Assembly: GCA_012295275.1 (NCBI GenBank)
Contig: CM022672.1
Location: 6,138,001 to 6,202,000 of the forward strand
Direction of reading: 5' to 3'
DNA from: Chrysomallon squamiferum
Taxonomy: Eukaryota > Animalia > Mollusca
Length of the DNA: 64,000 nt
The notes beneath the pieces were generated by a model. It searched no databases and was not told where the DNA came from. It worked only from the letters and a program-made list of their open reading frames with translations. This document shows, one piece after another, positions 1-22,300 of this stretch. Every line of letters starts with the position of its first letter. Position 1 is the first letter of the stretch. Position numbers and translations under genes: made by a program.

Positions 1-509
1 TTATTTTCACCTCTAATTCTCAGGTGGAAAAAAATCGGACAATTAATTTTGTTTTAAGAGCCGCGCGTGTTCTCGTATCGCGTGCTGCCTGCAGTAATTA
101 GTACACATTAATTTCAATATGAAGCTAAAGTGTCAATCAACAGTAAGGAATGAAGACGGCTTCCCAGGAGAAATCTACCTGGCTTTTACCTCGTGCAGGT
201 TTCTTGTGGCGTGTTCACTGTAGTTTTTTCACTGACTTTTTCTTTTATTTTTATTTTCGTTTTTATTTTTTTTTTTTTTTTTAATTTCTTGCCAATCTGC
301 GGTGCCTTTGTAAAGATGTTTTCTTCTGATTCGATGAAGTTCGATTTGTTTTGTTTTGCGATTTTTGTTTTCTATTTTTTTTTTTTTTTTTTTTTATTGA
401 ACTCTAAAGGGAATGTGCAATGGCTATGATTAAACATTAGAAAGAACCGAGATGCCGTTTTATTATTTATATTAGCATGCATGCACGCACATACGCATAT
501 ATGCCGCAT

Positions 510-691
510 GCGCATATATATGTGTATGTGTGTGTGTATGTATGTGTGTGTGTGTGTGTGTGTGTCCGTATTATATAAAATTCATATGTAAACATGTACG
601 TATGTTTATGTATGTACGTATGTGTGTGCATGTAAATATTCCTGTGTATATGTGTGTATCTGTGTATAATGTGTGTATGTCTGCATGTGTA

Positions 692-747
<56 letters not shown>

Positions 748-1225
748 TATATGTCAGAATTCCATGTATGCGTGTGTTTATGGGTAGATGTGTGATCTTC
801 TGATTTTTATTTAGTTTTTGAAACGTACAAATAATTAAAAAGTTGAAGAAAGAATAATAAAACATAACTGTCTGTCTATTACATGATATAAAAATGTAAA
901 ATAAAATAATTAAATACGCTTAGTTAGTTAGTCCATAAATAATTAATTTTAATATGTAAAAATAACATACAAATACATAAAACTAAAAAAAAAATTAAAA
1001 TTTTTTTTTTTTTAAAAATCCCCTTAAAATAAGGCATAAAAAAATAAAAATAAATGGCAATAGTAAATAAATAAATAAATAAATAAACAAACAAACAAAC
1101 AAATAAATAAATAAATAAACAAACAAACAAACAAATAAATAAATAAATAAACAAACAAACAAACAAACAAACAAGCAAACAAACAAATTAACAAACAAAT
1201 AAATAAATAAATGAATAAAACAAAC
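510..1225. repeat. Microsatellite block: (TG)n/(TATG)n and (AAAT/AAAC)n
   Basis: Directly visible simple repeats. They generate the spurious HT/CV and LFVC ORFs. Confidence 0.95.
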
Positions 1226-3047
1226 AATTTATGGAATGCTGTTCTAAAGTAATATGATCACGAATTGTTGTTTCAAAATTTTTTTTTTTTTTTTTTTTTT
1301 TTTCTTAATCGAGCACATAACTTATTTTCCCTTTATTAAACTCATTGTTTCTGTTCTAAAGGTATCGTTCTGAGTATCTTAACGAGTGTTTCATGTGTGG
1401 GCTACTTTCAAAACCTGCCCGCGCCAGTGAAACTCTCGTTAGCCAAGTCTCTGCGTGCTTGGTGACAATATTTAGTTAATGTTTCTTATTGTTGCAATGT
1501 TTCTCCAAGTTATTTCAGTTATGTGGGCTGTTCTCAGTCGCTCACTTTTATATGAGACTTTTAGCGAACACAAAGTCGAATATTACAGATTCAAATTTAC
1601 CCTGTTTTTATAATCACCATTACTGTTCTGTTACTACGACTACTACGACTACTACGACTACTACTACTAGTCTACTGTTCATTTTATATTTTTCTAATGA
1701 ATTGTTAGTATTATATTCTTTTATATGACGTCTTTTATTACTGTGTATAGAATGTGTGTTTGTTAGTGTGAATAGGTGTATTCTGTCTTTATTTTATAGA
1801 TATAGATATACATATATCGTTCACTTTAATTGTGAATTTTATATAAACAAATCCATATCTTATGATTGACTATGTGACAGTTGATGAAATAAATATTTTC
1901 TTGAGTGCGTGCGTTCGTGCTTGCGTGCGTGCGTGCCTGTTTAAATTAAACTGTGATTCAGGGTAATGGAAGTTGTTGTTTTGATTAGTAATATAAGTCG
2001 GAGAGATTTTTGGAAAAAAAAAAAAAAAAAAAAAAAAAGAGAGAAAAAAAAGAAGAGAGAGATAGATATGAAAACAAAATGAAAATTTTATTTGAAATAA
2101 ATAACTAAATATATACAGAAATAAAGAGAAAAAAAGAAATTTATGTTTAACACAGACTTTAATGTTATTTAAATTCCTAATTCTTTATTCGTTTTTGTCT
2201 ATATTTTTGTACTAAAGAATTGCCCTTTGTTTTAATTCAGACTAATTTAAATCAGTATTTTGATTTAAGTCATAAAATAAGAACTGGTTTGTATGTAAAA
2301 ATATTACTTAATTCGCTGAAAACAAATTATTAAATTAAAAAAATTAAATGTTAATAATATATAATTATATATATATAATATATATATAAAATATCAACTG
2401 TAATAATAATTAGAAAAAGAAGAAGAAGAAGAAGAAGAAGAAGAAGAAGAAGAAGAAGAAGAAGAAGAAGAAGAAAGAAAAGAAGAAGATCATTATATAA
2501 TTATTTTATTATTTTATTATTTTATTATTTTATTATTTTTAAATTTAGTAAACACAAAAATTTCCACGAAATGTTTTGTATAAATTTGTTTCTATCAAAG
2601 TATTATATTTTGTTATTTATTGTTCTTAACATATTTTGTATTCTCATAAACAAAAGAAACTGTATTATAATGATATTTCTGCGTTCCAAAAAACTATAGT
2701 AATCTTTAATTTGTTATTGTTTTTATTATTTCATCGAGTGTTTATTAATTATAAATATTAGTACTAGAATTAAGTTCTATAAAGTTTTATTTTTATCATC
2801 GGCAAAAACGAGAGCAAAATTGATATTGAGAATAACGAATTATTTTATTTTGTTACACGAAAAATAATATTAATAAAATTAAATTAAATTACTTTAAATT
2901 ACGTTCAAACAGTTATAAAATATATAATATATTTGTATGATACGAAAAGAATCGTCTTTCTTATTTCAAATTTAAACTAAAATTTAAACCAGAAAAACAT
3001 CACCATAATATACAAAAATTTAAGAATATTGACAGCTTTTTTAAATA

Positions 3048-3078
<31 letters not shown>

Positions 3079-3339
3079 TTCAATAATTCTTAATTAATTA
3101 AAAGAAGTCATTTTTAAATTTTATTTTTATTTTCTTATTTTGTACGTGAACAGACACTATTCACGACTTTAAAAAAAAAAACTTCAGCGAGTTAATTTCC
3201 AATCTTTCTTCGATGGCAAAAACTAATCAGTTTTCTTAAAACGTCTTCTGTGATAAAAAAAAAAAAAAAAAAATAACAAAATCTGTGAGTTTATTGCGAT
3301 TTTCTTTCAAAGTAAATGTTGCGAACAATACGACAGGAG

Positions 3340-3460
3340 ACATTAATCGGGAGAAGTCGGTAGAAGCCGTCAGGCCTCGCCCACCGGCGCAGACGGCTAA
3401 TCTGATTGGCTGCGATAAGTGGCCAGGTGAATCTAATTGGTTGCATTTATTTATTAAGTT
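3340..3460 (+). promoter_or_regulatory. Probable Barhl proximal promoter
   Basis: GC/CpG-rich island ~550 bp upstream of the ATG. It has two inverted CCAAT boxes (ATTGG 3405-3409 and 3436-3440), GATAAG 3414-3419, E-box CAGGTG 3424-3429 and homeodomain site CTAATTG 3433-3439. Confidence 0.55.
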
Positions 3461-3975
3461 CAGGTAACACCTTTCTAAAGTGTGGATACGCATGGCCTAG
3501 CGAGGATCAATGTTGAGATCATTCGGCGAGCAATAACAGTGTAGAAACAGCAAGAGGTATATCGGCGTACAACGAAAGAAGAAGAAGAAGAGAATGCACT
3601 TGTTTGGCTCGGTCTGTCTGTCCGAAATGACCGCATAAGCCTGTTCGTATAGCTGTTACAAATAACAATATAAAAAAAAAAAACAGCTGGAGAGAGACAC
3701 ATTTTTGAGTAAACCTATCAACTTTGTAGAGGAAGGTGTTTACTGACTGTTACTGTTATCATTTCTCAGTGTCATTCGGTCTGTGGGACTTTTTGTAAAA
3801 AAAAAAAAATAATAATAATAAATAAACAAATTAAATAAATAGCTCTACACTGGTCGAACATGTCTTGACCACAGAACTTGACTTAGTTTTTGGAAAAATC
3901 GTTCAATATTGTTTAAGAAGATCGAGGCTTTTTTTTTTTTACTGTTTTCACTTTTTGTTATTGTTTCCTTCATCG

Positions 3976-13082
<9,107 letters not shown>

Positions 13083-13437
13083 CAGAACGAGACGCAAATC
13101 AGGACGCTGAGTTTATTTTGCTCTGTAATGGAGCGATGTGTGAAAGAACCAGACGTTGGGAAAAACGCTAAACGTTATTGCGGACGCGAGCCTCGAAATG
13201 ATGGTCGAGTTTATGTAAATCTTTTTTTTTTAATCAAACACGCATAAAGTGCTACAAGTTAGAAAGAAAATTGTCGGAAAAATTAAAAATGTTGTTGGTA
13301 GCTTAATGTGGTCAGTTTTGAAACACTTTCAGTGACAAAGATCTTCTTTAAGCTACGGTTACTGTAATAATCAGTCTGTGTAATAATATTGTAGTTATAT
13401 TACTTTTTGTTACAGTTAATGAACAATACAAAAAAAA

Positions 13438-13443
13438 AATAAA
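13438..13443 (+). terminator. Candidate polyadenylation signal of Barhl
   Basis: AATAAA ~355 nt after the stop codon, followed by T-rich sequence. Confidence 0.45.
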
Positions 13444-14795
13444 GCATGTTTTTTGCAACATCAGAGTCTTTATTCAGATTTCAATATTTCTTGATGATCG
13501 AATTCGTTAGATGATGAATAAAATGTGTAGAAATCAAATAAACACTTACTGGCTTGAAGAGAAAAACGTGATAACGCTTAAAATTATAAACTGAGATGAC
13601 AGTTCTGGATATGATAGATCTGTAGACATTTACTGAGGTTATTTGCACTAAGAATATCACAAGAAACCTGTATGTTTTAAACTGAGCTACAGAGCCGATT
13701 ATTTGGACATTTTGTATTCTCTGCTGTGACCTGCAAGCAGTTTAAGCTCTTCTGTAGTAACCTTCATCAACTTACTCTACGTTACGTCCTCCGATGTTTA
13801 GAGAATTTGAAATAATTTTTAAATCACTTTTAATAACAGTACCAACTTTACGGTATTCATTTCCTTGTAGAATATTCATCAAAATTTGGTTTACAGTTGA
13901 GTGTCGCTTCACTCTGAACGTATGACAGTTACAGTGAATGTTCTTACTGTAATTTTCTAATTATAGTTTTCATTTTATTAGCATCACTGCACCTTTTTTC
14001 GTAACGATAAAATTCGTAATACTGGTTTCAGCAGGTATCAGCATTTATCAAAAATAAATGTATATGTATTTTTAAAACGAAGATGAAAACTATATCTTAA
14101 CGACGTATTTATATTTATTATAAAATTTATTATAAAAAAAAAAAATGTTCACAAATATATTTTTTGTATTATTTTTTTTTTTTTTTTTTTTTTCTTTCAT
14201 TTTTAAAAATCTCTACCATAGAACAAAAATAAATAGAAAATATTTAAGGACTAAAAAAAAATGTTCAAGTCAAGGATAAAAGACATTATGACAGATTTTT
14301 ATTTTTATTTTATTGTTTTAATAAAAGATATTCTTATGTTAAAACTTGTGTTTGTCTTCTTTGTTTTTAAATGAATTTAAGAAAAACAAAATGAAAACGA
14401 AATGACACTTTTCCCAAATGAAAAGATTCAAATGGTGTTTGCTGTTTCAAAGTTTTTAAAGATAACTTTTAATAAAAATGACAGTATTTTTTGTCTATAA
14501 TTTTAAAAAATCTACATCAGTGTTTCAAAATAAATTTACGTGTTATATAGAACATTTTCAGATAGATTAATTTTGCAAAATATTAAAAAAAAATTTAGAC
14601 TGATTTGTATAACTGTACCCGTCTGCTTGATAGTGACAATATAAAAATAAAGTTAAAAAAAAAAAAAATAATAATAATTATATATATCTAGATAGATATA
14701 TAGATATATATCTAACAAATGAATGCAAAATTAATTATCAAATTATTCCAAATTATGTTTTCATTTGAAATATCAATGGAATTTAACAACAACAC

Positions 14796-14858
<63 letters not shown>

Positions 14859-17656
14859 AAAAAAAAAAAAAAAAATCTTATATTAACAAAAACCTGTCAG
14901 TTTCTGTCGTGCAAAAACTGTGAAACTCCTGGAAAATGTTAGCAATAAAATAAAATGTTATTAATTGATATTTATTTATTTTTTATTTTTTTCGTTATCG
15001 TCTTCTTCTTTTTGTGTTCTCTTCTTTTTCTTCTTTATTATCAAAAATTTTTTCTTCTTTTCATTATCATCATCATGTTTTCCCTCTTCTTCTTTTTATT
15101 ATTACTACTACTTCTACAACTACTATTATTACAACGACTACTACTACTACTAATATTACTTCTACAAATACTATTATTACAACCACTGCTACTACTACTA
15201 ATATTATCACCACTATTACTTTTATTTATACGGTTGTTGCTGCTGCTCCTGTTACTATTGTTTATTAATTATATTTCGAGCGATCACAACATAAAGTCCA
15301 TTCTTTTCCACAATAACGATCCACAAGACCTCTGGCAGAGAACCGAAATAAAGTTCAGTGTATTTCACTCGTTCACTAACTGCATTCATTTGTTAGACAA
15401 CGTTAGAATTTGAAACCTTTCTACCTTGAAATAAACGGCCAAGTTTGCTTTGTAAAGTTACGGAAAAATCCACAAGAGGACGCCACCAGACAATACACCC
15501 CCCGCTGCTGAATTCACGATGACCACAGACCGCGTGATGAGGTACCGTGTACGTCTAAAAGGTACTTCCTGTAAATAGATAATCTAGTGATGCCAGTATG
15601 GAAATCGATTACTAGTACCAGATAGGCATTTGATAATCTGTCGAGCGAGAAAATATGGAAATGATACTTCCGGTCGTAGAGATCGATTTTTTTTTTTTTT
15701 TTTCCTCCCTCTGAAACTGAGATCGGCAGTTCGTTTTTATGCCCATTAATAAGGGAAGATACAAAATAGATGTGAAGAATAAGTGTGTTTTAGGCGATGA
15801 TGCGTGAAGCTGATGTCAGACCGTGAAGCGGTTTTGTGTGTAGAGCTTTTTTTTTATGTGAGGAAATGCTTCGTGAATTCAGGAAGACTTTCATAGAGAA
15901 AAGCTTTCTCGAGCTATTTGTTTGTTTATTTGTTTGTTTGTTTGTTTGTTTGTTTGCGTATTTATCTATTTATTTATGGATGGCTAGTTTGTTTATTTTG
16001 TTTGTTAGTTTGTTAGTTTGGTTATTTTATATTATTTTATTTATTTTATGTTATTCCATGTTTTATTTTGTTTTATTTTATTTATTTAAAAATTTTTGTT
16101 TCGTTTTGTTATGTTATTGTTAACTGTTTTTTTTTTTTTTTTTTTTTTTTTGTTGTTGTTGTTTTGTTTTTTAATTTAATTAAATTATTATTTTTTTTTA
16201 GTTTTAGTTCCACGAGAGTTCTTTTTGTCTATTTTGCTCTTTTTGATTTAGTATTTTATTTTGTTTCTAATAAACATTTTCTTGCAAATAAAATATCTTA
16301 TGTTCCTTAAATGAAAAATTGTTATGTTTACGAATAATTTGAAAAATGAAACATTAAATTTTATTATTTCCTGCACACAAAGGAAACATTTGCGTCTAAA
16401 TTATATAAGTATACAAATAAATAATTATATAATTTTCATTAAAGAAATCATAATTGCAGTCGTTGAAATCAATTAATTATTTAAGAATATCTCTCTTTTA
16501 TTCTCGCTCCCTCGACTTTCTCTCACTCTCTCCTTCGTCACTCCCTCCCTTTGTCGCTCTCTGCCCCCTATCTGTTCGTACGTGTGGTGTTTTCATGTGT
16601 GTTTTTGTGCGTGTAAATCCTAAATCCAACTCACATCAGCACAGCGTTTATAACTAACCCAGTGGCAAGAAAAGAGGAGTTTAAATATTATAAAATAAAG
16701 ATGTGTTCGGCGGTTTTTGCATATTTCACTACGCTCAAAACTTGTTTCTATTTTTTTATTAACATTTTAAATGAAATACCAGTAATTCTTTTAACCACTA
16801 AAATGTTTGTTTCCCATCTTATCAAATTACTTACCCCCCAAAAAAAAAAAAAAAAAAAACAGTTCGTCGAAGATAAAAGGGGGTACGTACGGAAAAAAAT
16901 AAAAAAAAGAAGAAAAAAAAAAAATCATAACGAAATGACTAAGTCAATTTAAAAGTTCGTGCGAGCAAGCAAAATAACGACTGGAGTTAGTCACACTCTT
17001 TTCTTTAGAAAGAATCCACGTCGTAAATATTAACTTTAGCTTTATCATTTCATGTCGCCTGAACCCCCTAACTGTGTTCAGTGGGGCCGTGCGATCAGGA
17101 GACACTTGGCTTATCGCGGTAATCAACGCGCCCGCCCAATCAGACTAGCTCTGCGTTGTCTTGTTCTCAAAACAACGTCTGTGCACACAGCATTGTTTAA
17201 GATGACTGTAAGCTAGCAATATGAGATACATACAGCGACTGCGTCTAAGTTCTCACTTTAAAAAAATATAAAAATAAAAATAAATAACCGTAAAGAAATT
17301 TTTTTTTTTTTTTTTTTATTCAAAAACAAATTATGAACAGTTTGTAAAATATCTGTCAGCTTGAACAAAGTTGATGTTATCTTGTTTTAAGTTTGTTAAT
17401 AAATAAGTTCGGAATTGTCAATAGATAAATGAATAAGGAAAAAAAAAAGAAGCGATAAATAATTTTAAACAGCTAGAATAGCTATAACGTTACTAGTCCT
17501 ATTGCTACTACTCGTAATACTAATAGTACTAATGGTTTATAAATAGTCCTAATACTATAGAAATAATGTTAATACTAATAGTATTAATACTATACAAATA
17601 ATGTTAGTTCTAACAGTACAACTAATAATAAAAGCGGCAACAGTATTAGTAACTAA

Positions 17657-17720
17657 ATGGTAATAGAAGTGATAGTTATGGTAATAGAAGTGATAGTAAT
17701 GGTAATACAAGTGATAGTAA
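17657..17720. repeat. 21-bp unit x3
   Basis: ATGGTAATAGAAGTGATAGT(T/A) three times. Confidence 0.85.
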
Positions 17721-18798
17721 TAACAGTATCAGTGGCATTATCGAGACAGTAATAGTTGTAATGGTAGCAGAAGAAGAAAAAGATGATTATTTTTTCTTCA
17801 TTTCATTTCATAATAATTAAATAAATAATATAATCATTACTGAATTAAACATCATTAATTTCTAGTTAACACATCGTTTAAAACAGAACGAGTGTTAGTT
17901 TTTTATGTTTTTTATTCGTTATTCTTATTTTAATGATAGTTTTCATACACCCTATATTTAGTCACGTACATCTTCTTTTAACTAACACATACTTCGTTTA
18001 TTTCAAAACTGTATTGATTCTATTTATGTCACCATATCTTTTATTATTATCATCATCATCAGCATCATCATCATCATCATTATTATTATCGTTATTATCA
18101 TTATTCATTTTATCTTTAAAAAAAAAAAAAAAAAAAAAAATGCTTGTTAACTGTAAAATCTCTGTCAATGAAAATTTACGAAAATAAAGCACGCCTGCTT
18201 GTCTCTCTGTCGACTGTGACAAGGTGCGTGGGACGACCTCCATATCGTAAAGACTGGTTGCATATTAAGTGTCGTCTTTCTAACTGCCTATCAGCACAAC
18301 GTGTCTAGACTGCATGTCTTGACTCCTTTTTACTTCTGTGAACCAGAAAAACACGGCAGAACAATGACCAGATTGACTCCTGATCCCAACACGCAATCCC
18401 AAGAAACTCGAGTCAGCCGAGTTCCTCCCCTTTCAGAAAAGCAATAAAGCATTCTTGGATATTTCATTTGCATGTACCTGTTTTTCCGTGCCAGTAGATT
18501 GGCATAATGAGCGCGGCAGACTTGAAGACAGATACAGTTTAACCATTTAAACTGCTGAAAATAAATCTGGGTATATCACACTCACACGTTCTGAACGAGT
18601 TTTAATGAGTATCGGCTTGCAAGAAAAATGCTTTTGTTTAAAGCATGGAAAGAGATAAAAAGACGTGAATTGTTCCATTACTACTATTACTATTTCTACT
18701 ACTAATACTACTAATACTAATACTGTTACTACTACTACTACTAGAAATAATGTTTCTATTACTGTTACTATTATTACTACTACTACTACTATTATTAT

Positions 18799-18839
<41 letters not shown>

Positions 18840-19249
18840 TTGCTACTACTACTACTAAAACTTCTACTACTATCTTTCGAGAATCCATTATTAAAAATCG
18901 AAAAATTTATAATAATATTCATGTCGATAAATAAAATTATAAATATAACTCAGCTATGTAAGAGATATTTAACAGCAGATCGTATCGGTTTGACTGTGTT
19001 AATAGGATGGTTTATGTGGTAAGAGACACGAAACAACACCGTACTTTCTCTACACCTTACTGTTCATATAATAATTAAACATTCACATATACACTGATAT
19101 TTCTTTTAAGTCATCACAGTTATGCTGCTCAGCTATTACAAAACCTGCTATATTATATGTCTTGTTATCTATTTTATATCTTTTTTTTTTTTTTTTGGTC
19201 TTTATCATCTACATCATCAGTTAATGAAATCCTGAAACATATTATTGCA

Positions 19250-19322
19250 TCAGATATACACATACTTGTATCAGATATATACAGGATAGTATCAGATATA
19301 CACATACTAGTATCAGATATAC
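19250..19322. repeat. Short minisatellite, ~21-bp unit, ~3.5 copies
   Basis: ATCAGATATACACATACT(A/T)GT-like unit repeated. Confidence 0.8.
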
Positions 19323-22300
19323 GTTTCTGAAGAAATGGTTTGATGATTCACTAATAGAATGCCGTGTGATGTGATATATTGCAAATAAATTAATTTTTAA
19401 CGACATACGACGAAGAAGAAGAAGAAATTGGAAGAAGAAAAAGAAGAAAAATTCTACTATAGTGTATGTATTTTGTAATATAAAAAAAAGTTTTTGATGG
19501 GGTTTTAAAAAAAAAAAATTATTTGCATTCTTTTCTTGTAAAACTTTTTAAAACTTAAATAAGGATCGTGAGAATTGATCAGCGTTTTGGCTAAAGATAA
19601 AATAAATGTAACATTGAAATTCAATACTGAAAGCAAAGAAAATAATATTATTTAATTTAATTCACTATAGAAAACAAATTCATAATTTAAATGCCATTTC
19701 ACAGGAAATGAATTATAATTTAAATGCACTGGACAAAAAAAAGAAAGAAAATTACACCAAAAAAAAAGGCGATTCAGCGATAAAATTTTATTTTAAATAC
19801 CATATCGTTTAGGTAATTTCACGACAATTAGAATAAACTATAATTTAAAATTTTTTTTTTTAAAAAACTAAGCACCACATTTATTTTGTTATTCGAAGCT
19901 TCAATCGCCGTTAGGCAGTCGTCAGAATTTGCATCCGTCCTGATTTTATCGACTTTGATTTACGAGAAGGAACAAAGCCAGTTTAGGATTTATCGCCATC
20001 GAGTGAAAGGATACCCCTGATCCGCCACTAACTCTAAACGATTTTCCTAGAGATACACCAAATCTGTCACCGATCACGACAACCCGCCCTTTCCAGACCC
20101 GATGTCGGCTTTGGTCGGAGACAAGGAGCAGGTAACTCTATATCCGACTCCGCCGCTAAATGGATGAGCTCGCTGGGAAGGCTAAATCGAAGCCGGCAAT
20201 TAGTTAAACCTTTATAGCCCAAAGTTGCAGGCGCTGACAGTTCCGTGGGCGTGTCAGGGTCTAAGTATATATCCCGATTTGGATGGCGAACAGCGAAACC
20301 ATATGGATGGAGCGGATGTAGCTGTTCTCCATGGTTCCCCGTCATCCATTAGGCTAAAGCCTCGTGACCATATGGTCATTAACGACGCTGATTAGCATTT
20401 ACAAATATGGGTTCTTAGAAGGTAATTTCTTCAAGCGTCTTTTATCGCAGATAGCGAGATAAGACCCGATCCTAAATTGTCGTATTTAAATATCGTTTCC
20501 TCACAGTCGCTGCAACGAATACCTTTAAATAAAACATGTGGCGGTTGAGAACCGTGCGCCATTGTTCAAAACACGGCGACGATAAATCGGAAGAACCATC
20601 TGTTTAAAAATGTATCTTTAGAAAGCAAAACTCTTCTCAAGTTTTGGTAAATGTGTTTAACGTTTGTCACTGCGACTTCGGCGTCAGTGTGTAAAACTTG
20701 GTTTCGGTGCTTAGAAGAGGTTTTTTTAACAATTTTGGTATTTGAGTTATAAACGTCAGTCCGCAACTTTATTCACAAGTTTGATGTTTGTTTTCATATC
20801 TATGGTGACACCAGATTGGAAGTTTTATAACGTTGTAATTGGGTCGGAACCCTGTTTTCAAGTTTATTAATTTATTTTGTTGTGGTTTGTTTTATTTCAT
20901 GGTATATTAACTGGTCCCAGTTCATTCACTGTCAATGCATCATGCTAAGTTTGTTTAAACGTCTCCGGTATATTTTGTTCTTTATTTTACTTACCATAGT
21001 TCTGAAGTTCTTCAAGACCTAATAAATCAGACAGTACTGGATTACAAGTGTAACCAAAGAAATTTGGTTATTATTATTATGAATGTACACAAGTATTAAA
21101 TTTGAATGTGTTTATTTCAGGCAGAAATAGGTTTATATAATTATACTTATTTTTAACACATAGCAGAAAAAAAGACATTCAGTTGAATATCAAATGGAAA
21201 GAACATTCTAATTTTCAAATAATTATGGTAAGTCTTAAGTATTCATGTTACTCTTGCTGATTTACAATAAATGTTTATTGTTAACATAGCGACAAATAAT
21301 GTGAATACAAACGTACAAACACGTACGTTCATACATATATTCATATATTCATACACACATATATGCATCAATACATATATAAATGCATATATCTATATAT
21401 ATATATATACACACACTAACTTATATACGTTATTATATAACAAAAAGAAATAATTCAAAGTTGAACTTACGAAATTTCAGAATTTTACGTTTACTTATTT
21501 AAATACTTAATTTGAGAAAAAAACAACAACAAAAAAAACAAGTTCTGAAGAATGAAACTTGCATCCTTTTAGAAATAAATACTACGTATATATAAATTAA
21601 TTTCCTAATTCATCAGCCAAATTATCTCACGTAAGGTCAGAAACAAAAACATAAAACTGGTCGAGACTAACAAGTGTTTTAAAACTACGTGTTATTAACA
21701 CGCACGTACAATCTTTTGGAAGAAAAAGAATAATAATAATAATAATTACTGACAAAAATCCTGTTAAGTGCGTGCAGAAGTCTATTGGGAAATTCCCACG
21801 AAAACCAACGAGTGACAGACTTTTCGTTGGTAATTTTTAAATGATGGTTGTTTTTGATTATCGCAAATTAATATAAAATATTTATGTCGGAGCTGGATTT
21901 ACTGATGAGCGTTGTGCTGAGACCGGGGATATATTACGAGTTAAGCGAGAGGGAAAATACTCTAAGGGATTTTACTTCTCCATGCAAAAGTCGCCATGTC
22001 GCCATATTGCATTGGCGGTTAGCACGCCATTCTTGATACTGACATGCGTGCTAAGTTTCTGTTTCCAACTGAAAAAATCTTTCCATTGAGAACTAATTAC
22101 TTTTGCCACAGTAATCTGGAAAATGCGATCGTTTTTTTTATAGCTTTAAATTTCCATGACTTTTCTATACTTTTATTAGCCTTGCAAAACAAAAAACAAC
22201 TATGTTTAAAAAAGAAAGAAACACACATACTTCAGTCATGGTTTCGATTCGATAAGAAATTGGTTATAATACCTTTCTTTTTTCTTTTTTTTTTCTGTCA

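Noticed and set aside
3514-3523. TGAGATCATT matching the 5' end of bantam miRNA
   Set aside because: Only the first 10 nt match and no precursor hairpin is evident.
3865-3975. Upstream extension of the Barhl ORF given in the ORF track
   Set aside because: It starts at a TTG and runs through a poly-T tract. The first ATG at 3976 is the plausible start.
21900-21930. CTGATGAGC...GC hammerhead-like start
   Set aside because: No CGAAA follows stem II.
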